This document shows, piece after piece, positions 56,129 through 64,000 of a stretch of DNA of 64,000 nucleotides (position 1 is the stretch's first letter; every line of letters begins with the position of its first letter). This DNA is from Aquificaceae bacterium (lineage in GTDB: Bacteria; Aquificota; Aquificia; Aquificales; Aquificaceae): contig JAXSNR010000001.1 in assembly GCA_037925075.1 (NCBI GenBank), positions 736,001-800,000 on the forward strand, given 5' to 3'. Position numbers and translations under genes: made by a program. The notes beneath the pieces were generated by a model. It was not told the origin of the DNA. It ran no database searches and saw only the letters and a list, made by a program, of their open reading frames with translations.

Positions 56129-57436
56129 GTTCCTACCTGAAAGGACCCTTAAGGAGTAGAGAACAAAGATCACACCACCCGCAACCGCAAGAAGCGTACC
56201 AACACCCATAAGGCTCAAAGATAGTAGCACAAGTGGGTCATCGGTAAAACCCGTGCCATAGGTCTTTCTTGGTGCACCCTTCAGACCTGCAAAGAACAAA
56301 CCAAGTACAAAAAGCACCATACCAGTGCCATAAAGATAGACCTGAGACAAGGATATTTTACTGAGCCTTTGGCTATAGCCCAACTCTTTAAAAAGATGGT
56401 AGGCAACCGCCATAAAGGCAAGGGTCTGACTGGTTATAACCCCGTGGTAGTGAGCTGGTATGCTTAAGCTTGACTTCATGCCCATATATCCTTCGGATGG
56501 GTTAAGAAAATAGGAAAGCAAAGAAGGAAGAACCCCGGCGTAGGCTATTAGAACGCCAAGCAGGTACAGAATAAGGGAGATGGAAAAGGCGGTAGAATAA
56601 AGGTCTCTACCGGGCTTGAAGCTTCTGAGCATTAAAAGTATGTGGAAAAAGATGGGAAGACCAAGTCCTACCGCATAGCCAAGGTCTGTAAGCCTTCTTG
56701 CACCTTCGGAGACAGGGTCTGCAAAGATTATGGGTATGAACACATACATAAAGCAAAAGGAAAGAAACAGAAAGCTAAAATACCTAAGCCTTTGTAGTTG
56801 AAGCCTTATGCCCCTTGTCTCAAGTAGGTAATACCAAGCGTAAAGTAGCATAACACCGTTTATAAACTGATGGATATGCCCCGGAGCCCAGTATAGCCTC
56901 TCATAGAAAAGGTATAAGTCTTCCTTTGAGCCGGCTTTTGGTATGGAGGTAAGGAAGGCAAGGAACATAAGAATAGAAAGTAAGATAGAAAGGGATGCCA
57001 AGTGTTCTCTCGGGTTTTCCGAGAATATGCCCTTTTCCGCTTTTGCCAAAAGCCCAAAGCCACCAAGCCAGAAACCAACAAAAAAGAGCAAGGCACCAAG
57101 CCAGAAAAGGGGATGGTCTATGGTGGGAAGATAGTTGTTGGGCACCCCTTTACCAACCCCAAGAAGAGAAACAAGGGCTATAAAGAAAACACCACCCAGA
57201 GATAAGTAGAAGGAGCCTTTTAGGTGCTCTTTGAAGGTCCATTGCCAAAGGAGAAGGCTAAAAGTAAGGAAAAAGCCCACTATGGCAAGGTCCACATGAC
57301 CTATGATGGAGTGATAGAAATATCCGGGTGGGACAAGCTTATAGACCGCCGGAGTTCTTGCCACCGCAGCCACAAGGGCAAGCAAACCACCAAGACCCAA
57401 GGAAACTATAGAAAGCAAAAGCCATATTCTGTACAC
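56117..57436 (-). CDS. Heme-copper oxidase subunit I-like membrane protein lacking the CuB His pair
   Basis: About 12 TM; GHVDL (helix II His), YWAPGHIHQF (helix VI), PAHYHG (helix X); no HH motif; GTG start. Confidence 0.7.
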   Translation of the reverse strand: MYRIWLLLSIVSLGLGGLLALVAAVARTPAVYKLVPPGYFYHSIIGHVDLAIVGFFLTFSLLLWQWTFKEHLKGSFYLSLGGVFFIALVSLLGVGKGVPNNYLPTIDHPLFWLGALLFFVGFWLGGFGLLAKAEKGIFSENPREHLASLSILLSILMFLAFLTSIPKAGSKEDLYLFYERLYWAPGHIHQFINGVMLLYAWYYLLETRGIRLQLQRLRYFSFLFLSFCFMYVFIPIIFADPVSEGARRLTDLGYAVGLGLPIFFHILLMLRSFKPGRDLYSTAFSISLILYLLGVLIAYAGVLPSLLSYFLNPSEGYMGMKSSLSIPAHYHGVITSQTLAFMAVAYHLFKELGYSQRLSKISLSQVYLYGTGMVLFVLGLFFAGLKGAPRKTYGTGFTDDPLVLLSLSLMGVGTLLAVAGGVIFVLYSLRVLSGRNLQA

Positions 57437-57439
57437 AGC

Positions 57440-58318
57440 CTATCTCCTCATGTCAAAGACCATTATGGAAAATAGAAGTGCTATGTATAGAACCGAGTAG
57501 AAAAACAAAAACATACCGTTGGGCTTTTTAGAAAAGACAAACCTTATGGTTAGAAGTACATAAACACCGCTTAGCACAAGTGCGGAAAAAAAGTACACAT
57601 GCCCTGCAAGCCCGTACATGGAGGGCAGAAGGCTTAGGGGTAAAAGCCCTGCGGTGTATATGAGGGTCTTTATCTTTGTATGCTCCACTCCTTTTGAGAC
57701 AGGGAGAGTTGGAATTCCTGCCCTTTTGTAGTCTTCTAAGTACTTTATGGCAAGGACCCAAAAGTGTGGCGGTTGCCACAGGAACATGATAAGAAAGAGT
57801 ATGAGGGCTTCAAAGCCCACCTCCCCTCTAACCGCCGCATAACCTATTACAGGTGGAAGGGAGCCAGAAATCCCACCTATCTCCGTTGCCAAAGGGCTTC
57901 TCCTCTTTAGAGCGAGGGTATACACCACCACATAAAAAAAGGAAGCCAAGAAAACAAAAAAAGCGGTAAGTAAGTTCAATTTAAGAAGGACTACCACCGC
58001 AGATAAAGCAAGCAAAGAAAGACCAAAGACCATGGCATTGGTGGGGGGTATGCTTCCGCTTGGCAGGGGTCTGTCCTTTGTCCTGCTCATAAGGGCGTCC
58101 AAGTCTTTGTCAAAGAACTGGTTTAGAACCGCAGAGCCCGCAGAGGCAAGACCCGTCCCAAGAAGTGTCCAGAACACCAACCAAGGGTCTGGGAATCCTC
58201 TTTTTGCAAAGTACATGCCCGTCAAGGTGGTTATAAGGACAAGAAGCACTATACCCGGCTTTGTGAGAACTATATAGTCCCTTATAAGATTGCTATATGC
58301 GACCGCTCTATTTACCAT
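57440..58318 (-). CDS. ctaB: Protoheme IX farnesyltransferase (heme o synthase)
   Basis: LTKPGI, DALMSRTKDRPLPSG, YTLALKR, WQPPHFW, DYKRAGIP. Confidence 0.96.
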   Translation of the reverse strand: MVNRAVAYSNLIRDYIVLTKPGIVLLVLITTLTGMYFAKRGFPDPWLVFWTLLGTGLASAGSAVLNQFFDKDLDALMSRTKDRPLPSGSIPPTNAMVFGLSLLALSAVVVLLKLNLLTAFFVFLASFFYVVVYTLALKRRSPLATEIGGISGSLPPVIGYAAVRGEVGFEALILFLIMFLWQPPHFWVLAIKYLEDYKRAGIPTLPVSKGVEHTKIKTLIYTAGLLPLSLLPSMYGLAGHVYFFSALVLSGVYVLLTIRFVFSKKPNGMFLFFYSVLYIALLFSIMVFDMRR

Positions 58319-59181
58319 GCAGGCTTTATCCCTAATTCTTGAGTTTTTCTAAGCTGTAGGTTGTATGTGAGCCATGCAAAAAGGAAAAAGCCCATCGCGG
58401 TATCAAGGAAGACAAAGGGTAGAAAGAACCCAGACACCACCATGGATATGGCAAAGAGGAACTGTATGTTTATAAGGATAAAGGCGGTAAGGGTCGTTCT
58501 GTTAAAGTTAGAAACCATAGCCAAAAGAAAGGCAAGCCATGTGATGTAGGATATATTTCTGTGAGCAAACTGAAGGGCGGTCTGCCAGTTAGCAAGGTCT
58601 GGTATTAGCTGGCCGTTGCACAGGGGCCACTGGTGCCCACAGGCTTCACCAGAGCCCGTATACCGTACAAGTACACCAGTTATCATGGTGGTGATGGCAA
58701 AAGCATAAGCCCACCAAGGTACACCTGAACCTTCACCACCCTCCCTATGAAGGAACCTGTAGGTGAGCACAAGGGCACCCATTATGATCATGGATTCGTA
58801 TATATGAAGGGACTCAAGAAGCATGTGGGATACATACTTTAGGTTGGGTGCCTCAGACTTTATCATTTTCATACCGGTGAGCCCGGCAGAAAGGGTAAAG
58901 ATAAAAGCCACAAGGGAGGCGATCTTTGCACCTTTTGATGCTGTTTTGTACCTAAACCAGAGCAAGGAAAAGGTAAGAAACACAAAAAGCCCTGCCAGAC
59001 CGCTTACGGTCCTGTGTCCCATCTCCAACTTTGCGGATGTGTCCTTTGGTGGTTGAAAGTTGCCATAGCACAGGGGCCAGTCTGGACAGGCAAGCCCTGA
59101 GTCCGTTGACCTTACAGCCCCTCCCCATATCATCACGATGTAGGTAAAGAGTATGGCAAGCCCTAAGAATAGCCTAAGCAT
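58312..59181 (-). CDS. ctaA: Heme A synthase (COX15/CtaA)
   Basis: GGAVRSTDSGLACPDWPLC, EMGHR, second loop ACGHQWPLC, FAHR. Confidence 0.9.
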   Translation of the reverse strand: MLRLFLGLAILFTYIVMIWGGAVRSTDSGLACPDWPLCYGNFQPPKDTSAKLEMGHRTVSGLAGLFVFLTFSLLWFRYKTASKGAKIASLVAFIFTLSAGLTGMKMIKSEAPNLKYVSHMLLESLHIYESMIIMGALVLTYRFLHREGGEGSGVPWWAYAFAITTMITGVLVRYTGSGEACGHQWPLCNGQLIPDLANWQTALQFAHRNISYITWLAFLLAMVSNFNRTTLTAFILINIQFLFAISMVVSGFFLPFVFLDTAMGFFLFAWLTYNLQLRKTQELGIKPAW

Positions 59182-59193
59182 AATGGTTATAAA

Positions 59194-60072
59194 TTATACC
59201 TCAGTGGGTTCTTTTGTGAGTTCTCTGATGTACTTGAGCAAGCCTTCTCTGAGGTCTTCCCTTTGAAGGGAAAACTCTAAGATGGTTTGTATGTATCCCA
59301 TGGGTGTTCCCGTGTCGTACACCCTTGAGTCAATCTTTATGGCGTAAACCGCCTCTTCCTCAAGCAGTAGCCTTATGGCGTCCGTGAGCTGTATTTCGCC
59401 ACCCTTGCCAGGGGGTGTTATCTTGAGCTTTTCAAATATGCGAGGTGTAAACAGGTACCTTCCCACTATGGCAAGCCTTGAAGGAGCCTCTTCAGGCTTT
59501 GGTTTTTCCACAAGGTCGTCTATTATGTATATGTCCTTTTCAATGTGCCTTCCATCTATGATGCCGTATTTTGACACATCCTTCTTTTCCACCTCAAAGA
59601 CCGCTATAACGCTTTTGCCAAATTTCCTGTAGACATCCATCATCTTTCTTAGCACGTTGTCTTCATCTTTGAGTATCACATCTCCAAGACAAACTATGAA
59701 GGGCTCATAACCCACCACAGGCTCCGCCACCAACACCGCATGCCCAAGCCCAAGCTGTTCCTTCTGCCTTATGTATATGGGATTTATAAGCCTGCTTATT
59801 TCCATTATGCTTTTGAGAAGGTCAGTTTTTCCACACTGCTCAAGATGCTTTTCAAGGTCTGTATTTATGTCAAAATGGTGTTCAATTGGTCTTTTGTGCC
59901 TTCCTGTGACAAATATGATATTGTCAATGCCCGCTTCAAGACACTCCTCCACTATAAATTGGATAACGGGCTTATCAATCACAGGAAACATCTCCTTTGG
60001 CATGGCCTTTGTTGCGGGCAAAAACCTTGTCCCCCATCCAGCGACAGGTAAAACCGCCTTTCTCACCTCCAT
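59194..60072 (-). CDS. galU: UTP--glucose-1-phosphate uridylyltransferase
   Basis: KAVLPVAGWGTRFLPATKAMPKEM, LGLGHAV, VEKP, GEIQLTDAI. Confidence 0.97.
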   Translation of the reverse strand: MEVRKAVLPVAGWGTRFLPATKAMPKEMFPVIDKPVIQFIVEECLEAGIDNIIFVTGRHKRPIEHHFDINTDLEKHLEQCGKTDLLKSIMEISRLINPIYIRQKEQLGLGHAVLVAEPVVGYEPFIVCLGDVILKDEDNVLRKMMDVYRKFGKSVIAVFEVEKKDVSKYGIIDGRHIEKDIYIIDDLVEKPKPEEAPSRLAIVGRYLFTPRIFEKLKITPPGKGGEIQLTDAIRLLLEEEAVYAIKIDSRVYDTGTPMGYIQTILEFSLQREDLREGLLKYIRELTKEPTEV

Positions 60073-60085
60073 GTTTATTACCTCC

Positions 60086-60445
60086 TTAAAGTAGATTTCT
60101 TTCCCTTAAGAATTGTGCAAGCTCCTCATCCACCTCTTTGATTTTATCCTCAAAGGGTCTTACCATGGTCCTCCTGTCCCATATGGCAAAGCCTATGGTT
60201 AGCGCGGTGATGCTGGCAAACAACCCTGCAGGTATGCCCATAAAAACAACAATCATTTCAATTTTGTGGTTCATGTCTTCAAACCTTTTGTCCACATGCT
60301 CAAACCTCTTTTTCGTCTGTTCCATGAAAAGCTTCAGCGTTGCCTTGATCTCCGCCACATATTTGAGTAGCTGTTTTTCTTCATCAGGTGTTAGGGCAAA
60401 GGATGTATTTAGTAAAAAAAGCAGGGCAAGGATCAATTTTTTCAT
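60086..60445 (-). CDS. Hypothetical membrane-anchored coiled-coil protein
   Basis: Signal-like N-terminus, KRFEHVDKRFEDMN heptads, TM, WDRRTMVRP. Confidence 0.65.
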   Translation of the reverse strand: MKKLILALLFLLNTSFALTPDEEKQLLKYVAEIKATLKLFMEQTKKRFEHVDKRFEDMNHKIEMIVVFMGIPAGLFASITALTIGFAIWDRRTMVRPFEDKIKEVDEELAQFLRERNLL

Positions 60446-61506
60446 ACACCCTCCTCTTTTAGAATATACTTTTGCATTTCCTCACAAGCAAGGGGGTTGG
60501 CAAAGAGCCTTATGTTTTGAGAAAATGCTTTGTAATCAGCCATAAGCCTTTCAATTCCTTGAATTACTTTTTCTACATTGGCTGCCTCTTGCCTAAGGAC
60601 AAGACCACCCCCAAGATCTTCTATCTCTTTGGCGTTGTAGAACTGATGGTCTGCTACCGCATGCGGAAAAGGGACAAAGATGGCTGGTATGCCATACAAG
60701 GATAGCTCCGTTATGGTGCTTGCACCCGCCCTGCTTAGGGCAACGGTACTGGCTTTGTATATAAGCTCCATCTCATGGCTAAAGGGTAAAACAAGCACCC
60801 TTAATCCCTTTGCCTTATAAAAGTCCCTTATGCTCTCGTAGTCCCTATCACCGGTGATATGCACACCTTGCCAGTCCATTTTTGGGAAGATTTCCAAGGC
60901 TAAACGGTTTAGAAAGCTTGCCCCCTGACTTCCCCCTATCACAAGGAGCGTGTTTTTGTTTTCCAAACCAAGCTTACGAAGAGCCTCTTCTCTGCTTAGC
61001 TTGAGTCCTTCAAGCAAAGACCTTCTTACGGGTAGCCCGGTTTTCACCACCTTTTCCTCTGGGAAGAACTTCTTTGAAAACTCAAAGGTTATGAAGACCT
61101 TTTTTGCAAACCTCATAAAAAGCCTGTTGGTCCTGCTCGGTATGGAGTTCTGCTCATGAAGGTACAAGGGAGTGCCTTTTAGAAGACAGGCAATACCAAG
61201 AGGAAGGCTTGCATAACCGCCAAAGGTTATAGCCCTGTCTTTCCTTGTTATAAGCTTTGCGACCCTGAGGGCTTCCATCAGGTTTTTGTAGGTGGAAAAA
61301 AGCTTGTCCTTTAGGCTCATACCCATAAAGGGATAAGATTTGAAAAAGTAGCTTTCAACGGGAATCCTATCTCTAAGCCTTTTTTCTATGCCCCTTTCTG
61401 AACCCACAAAAACCGTGTTTATTTGCCTTTCGAGGAAACATTCTATAAGGGCAAGGGCTGGGAAGAAATGCCCACCTGTGCCACCACCGGATACGAAAAC
61501 CTTCAT
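60442..61506 (-). CDS. murG: Undecaprenyl-PP-MurNAc-pentapeptide N-acetylglucosamine transferase
   Basis: GGGTGGHFFP, FGGYAS, HEQN, GGSQGA, SRAGAST, DHQFYNA. Confidence 0.97.
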   Translation of the reverse strand: MKVFVSGGGTGGHFFPALALIECFLERQINTVFVGSERGIEKRLRDRIPVESYFFKSYPFMGMSLKDKLFSTYKNLMEALRVAKLITRKDRAITFGGYASLPLGIACLLKGTPLYLHEQNSIPSRTNRLFMRFAKKVFITFEFSKKFFPEEKVVKTGLPVRRSLLEGLKLSREEALRKLGLENKNTLLVIGGSQGASFLNRLALEIFPKMDWQGVHITGDRDYESIRDFYKAKGLRVLVLPFSHEMELIYKASTVALSRAGASTITELSLYGIPAIFVPFPHAVADHQFYNAKEIEDLGGGLVLRQEAANVEKVIQGIERLMADYKAFSQNIRLFANPLACEEMQKYILKEEGV

Positions 61507-62711
61507 TTAGAAGCATTATAAAGAGGGCTAAGCCCGAAGTAAAGAAGAGAACCCTTAAGTATAGAGTAGAAGAGAAGAAGGCTGAGAAATAGATGTATGA
61601 GTATGGGAAGGAGTTCAAGCTTAGTTATGGGTAGCGAATACAGGCTAAGGGATAGAAGAATGCTCAGGACAAGGCAGGACTTTATCAGCCTCTGGTCTAT
61701 AACCTCAGACATAAGGGGAATGTGAGAAGACCCTTCACTGCTTAGGTGAAACCAGACAAGAAAGGGAATGATCCTAAACATCATACCCATTATGAGGGTT
61801 GAAAAGAAAAGGCCAAAGGCGATCAAAAAGGGCACTTCAAAACCATAAAAGATGAAAAGCAACATGGCTAAAAGGAGGTTGGCATGGGAAACATACCAAA
61901 AGTAGAGGCTCTTTTCCGCAACTTTTCTCCTTCTTGTAAAAAGCCTGTGTAAGGTCAGAAGTGCATGAAACATTACAAGCACGGTAAGGGGAAGCCTTGA
62001 GATTTTAAACTCCAAAAGACCTATAAAAAGGGTTGGGATCAAAAGGTAGGGAAAATTAAAGGCATAAAAAGGGGGATAAGGCTTTGTTACAAAGAACATC
62101 TCCACAACCTGAAAGGAAACACTTGCCACAAGGGAAAAGACCCAACCAAAAAGCATGAGGAGCATATGCGTCCTTAAGAGATATCCCGTGTGGGGAATAT
62201 AGCCGGCGTAAGACAAAACTACAAGAAATCCAAAAAAGGCACCAAGAAGAAGGAAAAAGAGGGCAAACTTCATCCCTTTTGAGGTGGGTGTATAGCTTTT
62301 GATTTTTAAAAGCTTGCTAAGCATAAGAAGGCTTGTGTAGAGAATGGCCACAAGGAGCAAAAGGGCACCAAAAAGAAGAAGATAAAGGTCCTTCAGGTAA
62401 AAGCCCAGTATAAAGGGTATATAGCCAAGGAGCATGAGGATCCACGACAGTAAAGCCTTTTCCTTTGGCTTGTCTATAACCGCACCCGCCACAACGGGTA
62501 GCATCTGAAAGAGGGCACCAAACATGGTAAACAGGGCAAAGCCAAGGGTTGTTATGTGAACGAAAAGGGGAAGACTGAGCCTATCTGTAAAGAAGGCAAC
62601 CAGTTCAACCAGAGAGCCTAAAAACCACAAAAAGCAGGCGGTTATGAAAAAACCAGATACAACAATAAAGGGGGGAGCCTGTAGCAGAGAGAGCCCTCTT
62701 GGAAGGTTCAT
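61503..62711 (-). CDS. Polytopic His-containing membrane protein (NnrS/HCO-like), coupled to the hemerythrin gene
   Basis: About 12 TM; HITTLGF..FTMFGALFQMLPV, THMLLMLFGW, IIPFLVWFH; start overlaps the hemerythrin stop. Confidence 0.6.
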   Translation of the reverse strand: MNLPRGLSLLQAPPFIVVSGFFITACFLWFLGSLVELVAFFTDRLSLPLFVHITTLGFALFTMFGALFQMLPVVAGAVIDKPKEKALLSWILMLLGYIPFILGFYLKDLYLLLFGALLLLVAILYTSLLMLSKLLKIKSYTPTSKGMKFALFFLLLGAFFGFLVVLSYAGYIPHTGYLLRTHMLLMLFGWVFSLVASVSFQVVEMFFVTKPYPPFYAFNFPYLLIPTLFIGLLEFKISRLPLTVLVMFHALLTLHRLFTRRRKVAEKSLYFWYVSHANLLLAMLLFIFYGFEVPFLIAFGLFFSTLIMGMMFRIIPFLVWFHLSSEGSSHIPLMSEVIDQRLIKSCLVLSILLSLSLYSLPITKLELLPILIHLFLSLLLFYSILKGSLLYFGLSPLYNASK

Positions 62712-63136
62712 AGGGCTTCCATCTTCTGAATCACCTCTGATGGGTCAAGATGCTGGTCACACATGGGATAGAGTATCTGCTCTTCCTTCATGTTGTGCTG
62801 TTGAATCAGGATCATAAAGGTTTCTCCCGTGGATAGAAGGGTTTTCTTATCCCTCCTTTCCAAAGCCTGTTCCATCCTCTGTATAAGCTCTCTTGCCTGA
62901 GCATGCTCCATCCTCATGACCTGCGTAGGTCCCATGACAATGCCCGTCCTTCCCTCAAACTCAGGGAATAGCACATCCTCCTCTCTTTGGAAGTGTTTGA
63001 GGGTCTCAGTTTTAAAGCTCTCAAAAGCCTTCTTTGCTTCCTCCCAGTTTTCCGCACTTACAAGCTCTTCCATCTTTGCGTAGAGCTCATCACATTCTCT
63101 ATGCTCCTCTGTCAAATATTCGGTGATGGTAAACAT
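62708..63136 (-). CDS. Hemerythrin (HHE cation-binding) domain protein
   Basis: EHRECD, HFQREEDVLFP, MRMEHAQ, QHNMKEEQILYP. Confidence 0.92.
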   Translation of the reverse strand: MFTITEYLTEEHRECDELYAKMEELVSAENWEEAKKAFESFKTETLKHFQREEDVLFPEFEGRTGIVMGPTQVMRMEHAQARELIQRMEQALERRDKKTLLSTGETFMILIQQHNMKEEQILYPMCDQHLDPSEVIQKMEAL

Positions 63137-63163
63137 GCATGACCTCCTTTCCGTGATAGTATA

Positions 63164-63192
63164 TATATACTTACTTTCCTTGTCCCTGTCAA
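63164..63192 (-). promoter_or_regulatory. Probable sigma70 promoter of the hemerythrin operon
   Basis: Minus strand TTGACA-17 nt-TATATA, then SD AAGGAGGT. Confidence 0.5.
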
Positions 63193-63210
63193 GGTCTAAA
63201 TTAAAATGAA

Positions 63211-64000
63211 ATGAAGGTCTCCCTTATAACCCTTGGATGCAGGAGCAATACCTTTGATACTGAGCTGATGGCAAACCGCTTTATGTCAAAGGGGTATGAG
63301 CTTGCGGGTGATGAAGAGCTGGCGGACATTTACATAATAAACACCTGCAGCGTTACATCAGAGGCGGACAGGTCTTCCCGTCAGGCAATCCACAGGGCAA
63401 AAAGAAAAAACCCAAGGGCGGTGGTGGTGGCAACTGGATGCTACGCACAGGTAAACCCAGAGGCACTAACAAGCATGCGGGATGTGGATATAGTGGTAGG
63501 AAACTCTCACAAGCACAGAATAGTGGAAGTGGTTGAGGAGTTTCTACAAAGCAGGGGAAAGAACCTCTTTGTGGATAACATATTCCGCCAGTCAAGGTTG
63601 GAGAGCTTTGACCTTATAACCTTTTTTGAAAAGGCAAGACCCTTTATAAAGGTTCAGGAAGGGTGCAACCGCTTTTGTACCTTTTGCGTAATACCCTATG
63701 CAAGAGGGAAGGTCAGGAGCGTCCCCTCTCAGAAGGTAATAAAAGAAGTAGAGCTTTTGGCACAAAAGGGCTTCCAAGAGATTGTGCTAACAGGCACACA
63801 GCTTACACAGTATGGCTGGGACATGGACACAAACCTTTATGAGCTTCTGAGGGAGCTTATAAAGATCAAGGGCATTGAGCTTATAAGACTTTCCTCCATG
63901 TACCCTTCTGAGATAGATGGAGAGCTTTTAGACCTCATAACCTCAGAAGAGAAGATTGCACCCCATTTTCACCTTTCACTTCAGAGCGGTTCCGACAGAA
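63211..64000 (+). CDS. mtaB: tRNA t6A37 methylthiotransferase MtaB (partial, runs off the window; absent from the ORF track)
   Basis: MKVSLITLGC, IINTCSVT.EADRSSRQ, TGCYAQ, KVQEGCNRFCTFCVIPYARG, PHFHLSLQSGSD. Confidence 0.93.
   Translation, partial: MKVSLITLGCRSNTFDTELMANRFMSKGYELAGDEELADIYIINTCSVTSEADRSSRQAIHRAKRKNPRAVVVATGCYAQVNPEALTSMRDVDIVVGNSHKHRIVEVVEEFLQSRGKNLFVDNIFRQSRLESFDLITFFEKARPFIKVQEGCNRFCTFCVIPYARGKVRSVPSQKVIKEVELLAQKGFQEIVLTGTQLTQYGWDMDTNLYELLRELIKIKGIELIRLSSMYPSEIDGELLDLITSEEKIAPHFHLSLQSGSDR

Noticed and set aside
60086..60445. Coiled-coil membrane protein between murG and galU as a mobile or toxin gene
   Set aside because: No catalytic motif, partner gene or flanking repeats; kept only as a hypothetical protein
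1..64000. CRISPR arrays, cas genes, IS elements, prophage genes, rRNA, riboswitches
   Set aside because: No spaced direct repeats, transposase, integrase or phage-like ORFs seen; intergenic gaps are nearly all too short. A covariance-model (Rfam/Infernal) scan would be needed to exclude small RNAs

Overview
Compact, gene-dense bacterial chromosome segment. Gene content and organisation point to Aquificaceae (Hydrogenobacter/Thermocrinis/Aquifex-like); this is inference, not a database result. Positions 1-16.3 kb form a cell-surface locus. It holds four lipoproteins, including a 736-aa Asn/Gly/Ala/Thr-rich one with a perfect sigma70 promoter and its own terminator. It also holds three candidate protein-modifying enzymes (Maf/DUF115 glycosyltransferase, FliB/YkgJ-like Cys-cluster protein, GT9), a CSLREA adhesin-like protein with a GGGGGC-TM-basic sorting tail, and a partial type II secretion cluster (gspF, G, I, J, C, D, N). 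The rest is mostly shuffled housekeeping genes (lpxB, hisD, lgt, sppA, amrB/amrS, tRNA-Arg(CCG), murC, recJ, yggS, malQ, argS, ugd, hisB, holA, rho, mnmE, dnaN, gcvPB, apgM, mqnC, mtnBDC, ctaAB, galU, murG, mtaB). Less obvious signals: a probable UGA-recoded selenoprotein redoxin with a SECIS-like hairpin; a 39-aa lipoprotein missing from the ORF track; a cytochrome c-fused bd-superfamily oxidase pair; a degenerate ferritin-like/CsbD-repeat fusion; a heme-copper oxidase subunit I homolog without CuB ligands; a Doc toxin pseudogene; and -10 boxes 6-9 nt before many start codons, suggesting leaderless and sometimes bidirectional transcription. No CRISPR array, IS element, integrase or rRNA was seen.
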